NCBI GenBank assembly: GCA_000934665.2
Contig: KZ538371.1
Location: 57,124-77,123 of the forward strand
Length of the DNA stretch: 20,000 bases
Reading direction: 5' to 3'
Origin: Catajapyx aquilonaris
Taxonomy: Eukaryota
Under the pieces are notes generated by a model that worked only from the letters and a program-made list of their open reading frames with translations, searched no databases and was not told where the DNA came from. The position numbers were made by a program, and so were the translations under genes. Shown one piece after another: positions 1 to 10,640 of the stretch; within the stretch, counting starts at the first letter, position 1; each line of letters starts with the position of its first letter.

Positions 1-542
1 TTCATTAACTATATCACATAAACATGAATTATGTAGAATTTCTGAAGCACTCCGCTTGACGAAATTCACCAACTTGGGTGTCCAGTCAGTGCTGTCTAAA
101 GACATAAGGAGTAGAAAATACTTTGTTTATAGTAATTTTTGTACCCCCACCTCCCACCCCCTTCCCTGAGAAGTACCCTTCATGTGCATAATTCATGATT
201 TTCGGTTATGCCACTGTATTCCCCATCCCAAGAAACCTCTAGATCCCAAAAATCTCGCCGATAGCACTAATGATAGCTTCCTCAGGGCCTTCATAAAGTG
301 GTCCATTCTTGACCTTTTGACCTCTGTATCTCGAATACGCTTGAGATCGAGGATTTCTCTGGAAGGGTGTTTTCCTTCTAGCTGATAAGGAACCCGGGGA
401 AAAAAAAAATCACCTTGAACTTCGAGAGGTTCCCTTGTTAAATGACATTGTCCATATGCCTTGACAACTGTGACTTCAATGACCTCTGGCAGTGTTGCAG
501 TTAAGGACACAACAGACCTACCATTAATTTGGCATGTAGGTG

Positions 543-1062
543 TCTGACAACCACAGTAACTCTTCTTACCCTCCCAAATTTTGAAATTTTTTGGATTTTC
601 TAATTCTTGGTCTATAGTGTTGTGCAAACATCACCTCGGCTGCTAATTTTCACGCCAAAATAAAAGCTAAATGCGATATTCTGAAGCCACAACACCTAGG
701 AGCCAGTGGCGGGTCGCAGGTCCCTGGTCCCTGCGACCGTAGCGCGATCTAGGGTGGCGTGAGCAAATAAAATATGACCGTACACGCTTTGAAATCGATT
801 TTTGTAGCAATTTATGAATCAAGTTTAATCATCATTTACATATCACAGATATCAGTCACGACGACACGCGACCTGCCATCCACGAGCGGATGCAGGTGTT
901 GTGGCTTCGGAATTTCGGTCTTTTGGCTTGTGTTTTGACCCTGCTAACGTGAAAATTAGCAGCAGAAGTGATGTTTGCACAACACTATAGGTCGAGTAGA
1001 ATTAGAAAATCCAAAAAATTTCAAAACTTAGGAGGGTAAGAAGAGTTAGTTCGGTTGTGAGA
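543..1062. mobile_element. MITE / foldback element with long imperfect terminal inverted repeats
   Basis: 543-~657 (tctgacaaccacagtaactcttcttaccctcc...ctgctaattttcacg) is the imperfect reverse complement of ~948-1062. A further inner IR pairs gaagccacaacacct (683-697) with aggtgttgtggcttc (894-908). No clear TSD. Confidence 0.75.
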
Positions 1063-2235
1063 ATTATTACAGTCAATATTATTGGTATTGTCGATTTTTA
1101 ATACAACGTTCACTTTGTCCACCATGTGTAGGAGTAGGAAGTCATAGTAGTTAATGATTTGTCAGAAAAACACTAAAACATCTGCTGTTGCAACCTCTGT
1201 AGGTATTGTAGTTCTGGAAAAATATTACTGTTCGTTACTGTTATATTGTCAAAAGGCAAATGAATCATATGATGAGCTTGGCAGCAAAGTTGCAGTGCTT
1301 AACATTTGCCTAACCAATACTGCTACAAATGTTGGTTTATTGAGTAGTGAGTAGACACATAAGCCAGTCATGGGAGATAAGGGGATATATGCCCACCTTG
1401 GGGCAGCCCATGTCCTAATCAGTCTTAGCACCCATTCTTCCTAGTTTTATTGAAATTTATAATAATTACTCATTAATAAATATCCACACTGATGATTTGG
1501 AATCTTGGGGTGCCTCTCCTCTAAGGGGAGGAAGCATTCTGCGAAAATACATGACATCATTCTATGAGGGTGGGATAATCCATGATGTCACTCCATTGGG
1601 GGTCAATGCAAAGGTGGCACCAGCCAGGCCCAGTTGCTCAGAGGGGATTCTTGATCCCCTCGAACATCCACAGCCTGCTCAGTCTCAATCATGTGACAAG
1701 GTGAGGGTAAACCCCCTTCTTGCCAATGATGTCTGTTGGTCATGGGATGCAGGAGAAGGCAGATTGTGAGGCAGATTGAACCCACTCTTCCAAGCTTGGC
1801 TCCAATAAAGAGTATCCACTTGCACACAGGGTCAACGTAAATCCATAGACAGAGCAACGAGGTTCACACTGGATCAAAGTGGTGTGTGACTGCAGTGTGT
1901 CCAAGTTTGGGTATACCAATAAAAGTGCAGGGTCCTTTTAAAAAAAATATGTTAAGAGTGTGATGGCATAATAAATTAAGCTAGCCAATCAGGAATGGGC
2001 ATGTCCGCTCTCCTGAATGAGAACAGTACTGCTACTGCAGGTTAATTAAATCCTAATGTACGGAAAATGAGAGAACGATCTGACATCATCAAGGTTTCCA
2101 TGAAAATGCCCTCACAGAACAATGTGAGTAAACAGTGTCAACAAAAAGCAACAATGGAAGAAACGATGACGTCAGATCGTTCTCTCGTTTTCCGTACATT
2201 TGTCATATTCCTTACATACAGGGTGTTGCTTACTA

Positions 2236-2955
2236 GTATGGCCAATGGCAATCAGGGTATTCCTTGGGCCAAGACAAGTCAAAAATGTAGGGGGGAGAAA
2301 TGCTGAGGGACCAACTGTTAACACGGTAGACAACCAGAAACCTTGGCCTACCCTTAGACACATGCAGCAACACACACAATGCCTCTTTGTAGGGAGATTG
2401 CCTGGCAGATGATTGGCTAGGGAGCAGGATACGAGAGTGATAATCACTTCTGAAAAAAAGGCGATCTTGCAAAATCCCAACAGTAATGATTATCATGCTC
2501 CCTAGCCAACCACTGTAAGACGCACGAGTCCATCTGCCAGGCAATCTCCTTACAAAGAGGCGTCATGTGTGTTCCTGCATGTGTCTAGAAGTATACCAAG
2601 GTTTCTAGTTGTCTACCTCGTTAACAGTTGGTGCCTCAACATTTGAGGGGTGCGGTGGGAAAAGGTGATAACCCACAAAATTGTAATATTTCAGGAGAGG
2701 GAATTTAAGTTTGCATGCTCTTAACAAATCATAGGGAATGCAAGTTTTGATCTAGTGATCTAGTCTGTGTGGCCGTCGTGCATGATACGCGAACTTGGAG
2801 TATACCAAACTGTTTGTCATGTCTATTACATAGTTGCTAGGTGTTTAGGTCAAAAATGAGGGTCATCACCTTTTTCCACCACACCCCTAATTTCTCCTCC
2901 CTACATTTTCTACTTGTCTTGGCCCAAGGAATACGCTGACTGCTGTTGGCCATAC
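2236..2955. mobile_element. Palindromic MITE inserted in the left TIR of the outer element
   Basis: TA|GTATGGCC ... GGCCATAC|TA. Left arm 2236-~2412 pairs with ~2530-2644 plus 2890-2955. Extra inner IR at 2413-2431 / 2491-2509. Confidence 0.85.
2645..2889. mobile_element. Short MITE with 4-bp TSD (possibly Sola2-like)
   Basis: TIR aggggtgcggtgggaaaaggtgataaccc / gggtcatcacctttttccaccacacccct, flanked by ATTT at 2641-2644 and 2890-2893. It splits the right arm of the 2236-2955 element. Confidence 0.75.
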
Positions 2956-3443
2956 TACAAGGGCTAGTCGGAAAATAAGTTTCACGATGCTACAGTTTCA
3001 AAGCCATGTGACGGACAGGAAAAGACGAGCATGAGCAGATACGTTGATTCTTCCTCTACTTTACAGGATAGGTAGGCGCCATCTTGCAGCTTATGCGCAG
3101 GTGCGGCAGCCGTTGGACGAGACCGAGCGGCGAGCCGAGCGTGCCCACCCATATACCTTCAGGAAATGTCATGCCAGACAGAGAGAGTTGGTCACATGGA
3201 CCAAGAAAGAAGTTAGGACACTTGAGGACACTGTCAGTAATTGCCTTGGCTGGTAGTCCAGGTCTCTGGTTGTCCTTTACACTCGTGAGCTTATTCTGAA
3301 ATTGCTGGCACCATATCACCGCACCATTTGCTCAGACATGACATCTCCGGACAACTCTCTCCACTAGCCAGCGATTAATGTCATATGTCGTACGTCATAA
3401 TGTCGACCACTGGTAGCAAACATATGCCCTCATTTCTGCCTTA

Positions 3444-3693
3444 AGGCCTCTACACAAATTCGGCGGAAGGCTGAGTGGTCGGAAAATTTGCGATTGGGGC
3501 TCGGAATGTGAGTGGTGGCAATTCACAAATTCAAGCAGTGGCGCTGCGGGCGGAAACTGGTGCGGTGGAAATGGCTCAAGTCCACCTGGATGGACTTGTG
3601 CGATTGCCACCGCTCAGTTCCGCGCCCCAAACCACGCCCCCAAACACACTCTTGCCGCCCGCTCAGCCTTCCGCCGAATTTGTGTAGTGGCCT
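3444..3693. mobile_element. PIF/Harbinger-type MITE
   Basis: TTA|AGGCCTCTACACAAATTCGGCGGAAGGCTGAG ... CTCAGCCTTCCGCCGAATTTGTGTAGTGGCCT|TTA. TIR of ~32 bp with one mismatch and a 3-bp TTA TSD. Confidence 0.85.
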
Positions 3694-4221
3694 TTAGTCC
3701 ATGTGACCAACACTCTCTGTCTGGCATGACTTTTCCTGGCAGAATGTAGGTGGGCATGCTCAGCTCACCACTCAGTATCATCCAACAGTTGCCGCACATG
3801 CACAGAAGTTGCAAGAAGGCGCCTATCCATCCTATAAAGTAGAGGAAGGATCAATGTATCTGCCCATGCTAGTCTTTACCCTGTCTGTCGCATGGTGTCG
3901 AAACTGTAGCATTGCGAAACTTATTTTCCGACTAGCCCGGTCGTAGTAAGAAACACCCTGTATATCACTGCTTTCAAAATTAAGTTTCTTATTCTAAAGT
4001 CATGAGTTCATGTTTTTGTCAGACATGCAGGAATTACATGTCTGTTGAACACACAGAAATGTTCAATTTCTCCTGGGCCCACTTTCATCAAGTATGGTGT
4101 CAAAATAATTCCACCAGCTGGCAGCCAAACTTTCAACAACACACTAGATAAACAAGCATTCTCCAACCAACTGAATGACATCTATAAACACAGTCACACT
4201 CAGGTATAGTATCCCAACATT

Positions 4222-4358
4222 GATGTAATGATGACTCTCAATCAGGCTGAGTCAGCTTATGGACTAAATGGTGGCAGACATCACCCTTGCCAGGATTCGA
4301 ACCTGGGTCCTCCGACTAAAAGCCGGCGCTCTTCCAACTGAGCTACAAGGGCTAAGAG
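4222..4358 (-). mobile_element. tRNA-derived SINE (Lys-like head at 4282-4352)
   Basis: The minus strand reads GCCCTTG TA GCTC AGTTGGAA GAGC G CCGGC TTTTA GTCGG AGGAC CCAGG TTCGAAT CCTGG CAAGGGT G. It has A and B boxes and folds as a cloverleaf, but the anticodon arm is 2 nt short. A short body ends in a CAT-like tail, and an 8-bp direct repeat ccaacatt flanks it (4214-4221, 4359-4366). Confidence 0.75.
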
Positions 4359-4404
4359 CCAACATTTTCCAAAGTCTTCTGCTGACAATGGGGCCATTAG
4401 TTAA

Positions 4405-5036
4405 CACTTAACTACCAACGTGAATCTGCCACACATTGGCTAAGACGTGGGGTATTTATATACCCCACACGGTTATCATTTTTTAAAAAATTTGCCTTAA
4501 TAGCACTAAAGCCATTCTTCCGCGCTAAATTCGGCCTGTATTCTCATCTGTATGTGTAAAAAAAAATCGATCTCCTGTGACCATTAGTTGAGTCATAAGG
4601 GACTTGAGACTCCGTTATCGCACCTTCGTAGCCTTCCAGCTCGATGGCGTAAGTAATGGCTTATAACGTAAACATTCCCAGCTGCAGGGTCTGCAAGATT
4701 TTAGTTGCGAGCAATATTTATTGCTGAATAACAACACTCACACTTTATAAAATACAATTTTGCTGTGATGCGCTGTGATGTGTTCTCTACAAAAATTATG
4801 TGCATTGGGTACGACGTGGGGTATATCTGGACCCTGCAGGGACGCTTAGCAGCAGAAAAGTACCGGTAACTCCGCAAAAAAAAAAATCTACTGATGTCAA
4901 AAATTTTCTTTGGATCGAAGAAAGTATGTCTGAGGAATATAGGCCTGCCATTTTTCATTTCATACAAAATTTATTAATCGCGATGGTATTAACTACATTG
5001 TGGGGTAGAAAAATACCCCACGTTGGTAGTTAAGTG
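4405..5036. mobile_element. piggyBac-like MITE
   Basis: TTAA|CACTTAACTACCAACGTG ... CACGTTGGTAGTTAAGTG|TTAA: perfect 18-bp TIR, TTAA TSD and subterminal tggggta-N-tacccca palindromes. Confidence 0.85.
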
Positions 5037-5661
5037 TTAAGAGTAAACTGGACCTGTTCCACTATCTGGTTGCTTCTATGGCGAAGTTACCATAGAATAG
5101 ATCACCTTGGTCATTAATGAACAAATATTTAAGGTAACACACCATAAAAATGAAACTTTCAATCACAGAATGCCACTACAGCAGCATCTATACTGGTTGT
5201 TGCCCTAGAAACCAGTGGTACAGGTCAACCCAGGTCAAGTCCTCGTAATGACCCCAAAGACACCAGCCATCACTACTTCATACCCCCCCTGACATGCCAC
5301 CTGACATTTCCACGCCCATGAATCAGCCCAGGGCAGTTGGTTACTCCTACTTACAGACTGATTAGCTGGCTGCAGCCCCTCCATGAGGCGTTCAGGCTTG
5401 TCTGCGTCCATCTTGAACCTGTCTGTTCGTTGCGAAAATCGTCCATTGGATACACTGGATATCGTCAAAAAGTGGAATAGTAGTGGGTGCGATGGTATCA
5501 TTCTGCGTATACCAGCTGCCCGTGGTGAGTCTGCTTTTATCAGATGTGCTGAAATGTACTGGCAGGATTTCGAGTTGCAGGAGTGCTATCGAATGGGGAG
5601 AGGTGCAAAAACGATGATCATTGTTGCGGCGTAACATTCAGCAATCATTGAGGCTCCAAAG

Positions 5662-5734
5662 ATGAGGGACATCTTACTGGCAATTCTCTCCGTCTTGGTG
5701 TCTTTAGTTTTGGTCTTACTCTTTGTTTGTTTAG
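5662..5734 (+). CDS. SMIM13: Small integral membrane protein 13-like, coding exon 1
   Basis: aagATG start, then MRDILLAILSVLVSLVLVLLFVCL(G), a hydrophobic TM segment. Consensus donor AG|gtaagt at 5735, phase 1. Confidence 0.9.
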
Positions 5735-6375
5735 GTAAGTGATTGGTGTGGGTGTCGTCCAACTGTGTCAGCGTCACTGATTCCTTCAGCCTTCGTTCAG
5801 TCCCTGTTGTGCTTTGTGGCAGTGGTGAAGCTTGCTTTTTTCAACCAGGTCCTTTTTAGTGGCACATCTGGATCCAAACCCTGGACGACTTGGAATATGG
5901 TATAGTATTGCTCCAGTGCACACTTTCAAAGTGGAAAATTTTTGTCAGGAAAGATGTTGATATTTGAAGCAAAATGCAAGTATAAAGTATTAGGATGAGA
6001 AAGTCAGAAACTGATGGCAAATTCCAGCGGTGCAGTCTCTGTATTAGGTGTGTAAGACATTTCTTTTGTGTGACGGGTTTTCTTAATACCAGTTGCATTG
6101 AAATGGGTATGCATTAACCACACCTAACCGTTACCCCTAATCATTTTCTTCCATCCAACGTTCCTGCTACTGGTATTTGAAAATGCCTTATGTTATGGTT
6201 TAATTTGTCTTCAGTAGCACTGTTATTGCACCCAGCTGAACTACAGCTAATTGCATGCCATAACCTGTGTCCTTGAAAGCTCTGTCACCTTTGCTTCCAA
6301 TATGAACCTGTATTATTCACCTGAGAGGGCTCAAGGAAACTAAAGCCTTCCAGAAATTACACAATGTTGTTTCAG

Positions 6376-6509
6376 GTTGGTACATTGTTTGGAAGCTGTT
6401 TTTGTCACGGTTCAAGTTTGTGCGTGAGCTGCTTGGAACAGCCGGTGGATCAACTCTTGAAGATGATCCACTGAGCATCAAAAGCAGAGTGAAAGTGCGA
6501 CGGGATTAA
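6376..6509 (+). CDS. SMIM13: Small integral membrane protein 13-like, coding exon 2
   Basis: Acceptor ttgtttcag|, phase 1. Encodes GWYIVWKLFLSRFKFVRELLGTAGGSTLEDDPLSIKSRVKVRRD*, matching the SMIM13 signature as I recall it (GWY.VW.LFLS.FKF.REL.G). Total protein 68 aa. Confidence 0.9.
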
Positions 6510-6871
6510 TGGCAGCGATGTACGTTAAGTATGGTGTGCTGTAATGATCCACAATATGTACTGTATGAGGAAGGCTTTGCTCGAGGCTTTGCTAATAATG
6601 CTTGGTGCATTGAAATGATGACTGATATTTAGTTTTCCGAATGCTTAATTGTTCATTGTGATAGGAGGAACTCTTTCGGACCAATACTGCATAAAGTTAA
6701 CGTTGTTTTTAATATAGTATAACTTCTACATAGTACACTCAAACATCTTTAAGTCAAAGTGTTATATAAGTTGAAGAAGATGAAATGGTATTGGTTAGAG
6801 TCTTCATGTTAAGTACAGTACTAGAAATTAAACTGTCCCAAGTTGAATTTTTATTTCTAAAAGTTCTCCAT

Positions 6872-6981
6872 CAGGGATGGAAAAAGAAGCGCTTCTTGGA
6901 AGGAAGCGGTTCTTTTTTCCATGTTCAGGGTTGTAAAAAAGAACCGCTTCCTTCCAAGAAGCGGTTCTTTTTCCATCCCTG
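6872..6981. mobile_element. 110-bp hAT-type palindromic MITE, copy 1
   Basis: CAGGGATGGAAAAAG...CTTTTTCCATCCCTG with a perfect 8-bp TSD ttctccat (6864-6871, 6982-6989). Confidence 0.9.
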
Positions 6982-7864
6982 TTCTCCATAGTTTGAATTG
7001 CTCACAGTAACTTACTATGGTGTTAGGCATTTTTCAGTCCCCACAAGTCAAAGACTGTATCATATTCCGGCGAGTATTTCCACAGCATTGCCTAAGCCTA
7101 AAGCAGACCATGCCATGAGAATTGAATTGCAAGAGGGAGAGTCCACTGACATTTTTGGATTTTTACATTGTTGCTGGAAGCCCTGTCACTTTATAATTAC
7201 ATTCACTCTTCCATAAGTTGGAAGTTTTTGCTATTGTCCCTTGCAGATTCTAGTAACAGAAATTCCACTGTATAGATTTTCAACAATACCATGTTTTTTT
7301 CTAGTGACAATACAAAATTTGCTACTGTATTTTTAACAATATTTCATGTTTCAGGTGCTTAAGCCACACAAACATGGAGCGATTGTCTCTCTTGGCGAAT
7401 GGGGACAGTGTTACCAGTTGCTGGTTCCTCACCCCATAATTGCCACCGTTGTAGGTGTCGCATCGTAATTCAGCTTTGATCCACACATGTTGATTAGGTC
7501 TGGGTAATCCATATTGGTAACTTGTTATTCATGTTCATTGTTATTCAATTTGTAGTTGGACCATGTTGTTGAAATTGTAGATTTATGGTGGATAATATTC
7601 AGGTTTAATGTTATTTAATGCATTGTGCTCTCGTTTACTGTTTATTCAACACCAATGTTACTTGGACTGCATGAAAAAGATAGTGAATATTATAATTCAA
7701 TGACAGGGATGTGTAAAATGTGGCGGGATTGCTTTGGCAGCTTATTACAAGTAAATCTAGACTGGGTTTTTCTGACATGTATAGTGATATTTTATATATG
7801 GCCAAAAATGTAAACAAAAATAATATTCCATTATTATGTAGTGTGGTACAATGTACATTTAAAA

Positions 7865-7870
7865 AATAAA
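7865..7870 (+). promoter_or_regulatory. Candidate polyadenylation signal for the SMIM13-like gene
   Basis: AATAAA at the end of an AT-rich, UTR-like stretch downstream of the stop codon. Confidence 0.35.
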
Positions 7871-8373
7871 TTATATTTTGAACAAAGAAGTAAAAAGTTC
7901 TTAATTGATATAGTTACATTATTATCAAGTGAGCAGTTAGAGCACAAACGTGAGTATGCATGAACATTGTAGAGAGAATAGCAATGCATTTGGCTGAGAA
8001 GGCAAAGTAGAGATTGAGTCTCAAAAATGAGAGTAAAGAAGCAGGTTATGTTGGAAATTGGGTGATGGGCTGTTTTGTATCATATATTATGATACATTGT
8101 AAAATGCCCATTATTGATAATATTGCAATCAAAGTGCTTGTGAACTACACAGGCAGTAAGGCTAGAGCGCTAGACCAACCATATGGTTTTTATCACTTAG
8201 CCTACACCATTTAAGTAAACTGCTGGGGAAAAAACTGTCTTGGACTCTGGCAAGTGGCAAGCAATGCACATGTAGTCAGGGGTGGAAGCATGCTTGAGTG
8301 CAATGTGATTCATGAGCTCTTCCACCCACACTGGCTTGCTTGCCAGTTAGTCCCTGCTTGCAGGGGTACTACA

Positions 8374-8526
8374 ACTGTATCATCAGTTCAAAAAGAATTG
8401 TCCCAGTCATCCTGATGTGTGTGCTGCCCGCTCGACACACACCATGTAACTTACATGGTGTGTGTCGAGCGGCCAGCCCACACGTCAGGATGACTGGGAC
8501 AGTTCTTTTTGCACTGTTGATACAGT
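8374..8526. repeat. Near-perfect ~150-bp palindrome (hairpin MITE-like)
   Basis: actgtatca...gctcgacacacaccatgtaa c ttacatggtgtgtgtcgagc...tgatacagt; the arms meet at 8450. Confidence 0.85.
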
Positions 8527-8879
8527 ATCATACGAGGCAGTTTTTTTCAGCACTGTATGGGTGTATGCCATTGCTGTTCTTAGTGCAGCACATATGGCAG
8601 TGAAGTCAATACCATACATTAAGTGTTCATTAGCAGCATCAAATTACTCTACACTTTTAGCCCTTAAAATGTATCAATTATTTTTTTTACCAATGGGTTT
8701 CAGTACCTGTTACTGACCCCAGGAATCTTGGCCTTCAGAATAGTATAGTACATTGCAATTAGTGATGACCTTGTTTAAGACGACTATCCCACCATTTCTG
8801 GGATATTTTAAGCAAGCCCATTATTTCCCAGTGCCCTGGAGGAAATGACCAGTAAAAGTAATTCAGCTGCAAAACTGTG

Positions 8880-9000
8880 TTGGCCCCATCATTCTGACTC
8901 TTACCTGTTCCCTAATCTGAAGAAACACCTGAAGGGAAAGAAATTTTCAACCCTTGCAGAGATCACATCCAATACGGATTACACTTTTGTAGCCCAATTG
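8880..9000 (+). pseudogene. Mariner transposase C-terminal remnant
   Basis: SDSYLFPNLKKHLKGKKFST resembles the mariner motif that follows YSPDLAP (SD.xLF..LK..L.G.xF). The upstream part is degenerate. Confidence 0.65.
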
Positions 9001-9384
9001 TTAACCTGGGATGGTGCCATCACTGCCATGGGCACTTTTTGTGACCAAGGTCACTTTTTTGGTTACAACTTGGAAAACATAGAACCATTGGGAACATCTT
9101 TGTTTGATTCTTTCTGTGATCAGTCGCATTTAGTTTAAATTTTTCGAGCAAATAGCACAATCCTCTGCCCAAGTTAACAATCCAGAAGATAGGGGACACA
9201 GAAGAGTTGAAGGGTTTCTCTCTCCTGGGCCAATTTCAAACTCCAGTTTAGATATGGACCTGGTATGAGTCTTCCTTTACTTTTTTCGCATCCCACCAAC
9301 TTTGTTTACATTGCCAGAGGTGATTAATTCATCAACTCTTCCCTATCCCCATCTTCCAATTCATCAAATAGGGCAGAACCTCAC

Positions 9385-9765
9385 CGTATATACAGCATGT
9401 TCACAAAATTCTTCTGCCAAAATGATACAGATGGTAGGGAGTGCATATGATAGAGGCATGGCATGGATCAAAAAGGACATCAACGCCATGTCTAGGAAAC
9501 ATTGACTGTTGGCATCAACTATGTCTATCCTGACAAGTACATGCCTGCATGGCTGGTTTCTGGAGTGAGGCCGGTTGAGCAACAGTCGGGGAGTGCGAGC
9601 GCCTGGCCCCATCAACCAGGCATGTACGGGGGTATCCATACTTGTCATGATAGACATCAGCAGCATCAAGGGTTGTCACCAGCCTTTAGGATACATGCCA
9701 TGCTTCTTCCAATCACATTCCCTACCACCTGGGCAGATGAATTCATGAACACACTGTACGGGCTC
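9385..9765. mobile_element. Old degenerate palindromic MITE
   Basis: Imperfect inverted arms: ~9385-9477 vs ~9681-9765 (ggtaggga / tccctacc; gcatggcatg / catgccatgc) and ~9521-9558 vs ~9614-9657 (atgtctatc / gatagacat). Confidence 0.55.
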
Positions 9766-10606
9766 TGTACACATGACTTGTGCAGCTACACCACCTGGTC
9801 ACAAAATAATAATGTGCTTGTTCAGGTCTGTGAATTTAAAAAAAATAACATTTCATGATTCCCCCNCCCCCCCCCAATCCATGTGTAATGTATTTTTGTA
9901 TGATAGTGTAACTATTCACTGTAAAGTAACAGGAACTACCACAATTAACAGCACCAGACATGTATTTAGAATGAATGGAACCCAAATACATGCACAACTC
10001 TTGGTAAAAACATACAAGGGGCAAGCCCTGTGAATACATATACAGCACTTAAGTCCGGCTTTGTCTGTCCCCTCATGGCATTGTTCAGTCATAAGATATG
10101 CACATATCATTTCTCTTACCATCTTCTCCGGCACCGGTTCTTAGTATTTCTATTATGCCTCAGGAGTTTCTTGAATATAAGTACTAGAAATCACACATCA
10201 GAATTTTCATTTTATGAACCCATCCCACCCACCCTTCCCTGGGTAAAAGACTGCAAAAGATACAAAATCATTACCAGAAAATTTTAAAACCTAGCACGAA
10301 CAACATTGACTCCATGAATGCAAAAAAAAGCTACATGTTGGCAGCCAATGTTGCAACAAGATCGTTTGTTGTGAAAAGTTTGCGCTGTCAGTTGATTATT
10401 GTCGACAAAAAGTGTTGGTCCGACCAAGGTTTTAGGTACAGCTGCCACAGTTGGGAACACTGAACACCCCGTTTTACTAGTGTAGGCTACCTACCCTTCC
10501 CCTCCTACAGATTAATACTCAACGTAGAATGTGATTATTTTTAAATCTGTGAGCAAAATTGTGCCCGATTGTAACACAATCAACACTTAGTTATAGTTTG
10601 ACTCCA

Positions 10607-10640
10607 AGAGAGAGAGAGAGAGAGAGAAAGAGAGAGGAGA
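10607..10640. repeat. (AG)n microsatellite in the presumed Cas 3' UTR
   Basis: Direct reading; ~310 nt downstream of the Cas stop codon. Confidence 0.9.

Larger units (their letters stand above)
2219..3960. mobile_element. Tc1/mariner-type MITE (outer element of nested stack)
   Basis: TA|CAGGGTGTTGCTTACTA ... TAGTAAGAAACACCCTG|TA, TA TSD at 2217-2218 and 3961-3962. The left arm resumes at ~2958-3202 and pairs with the right arm at ~3697-3960. Confidence 0.85.

Noticed and set aside
193..627. 144-aa minus-strand ORF
   Set aside because: It starts inside a MITE arm, has no recognisable domain and looks like repeat-derived sequence.
1360..1900. GC-richer stretch with short ORFs, possible retroelement or ribozyme
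   Set aside because: No recognisable motif, termini or catalytic core could be identified by eye.
2067..3814. Cluster of overlapping 60-100 aa ORFs on both strands
   Set aside because: They fall in palindromic MITE arms, which explains the mirrored peptides; no coding signature.
4282..4352. Functional tRNA-Lys(TTT) gene
   Set aside because: The anticodon arm is 2 nt short, no oligo-T terminator follows directly, and it sits within a TSD-flanked unit; better explained as a SINE head.
5051..5227. Short degenerate inverted repeat (a similar one lies at ~9168-9373)
   Set aside because: Too decayed to define ends or a TSD; probably old MITE debris.
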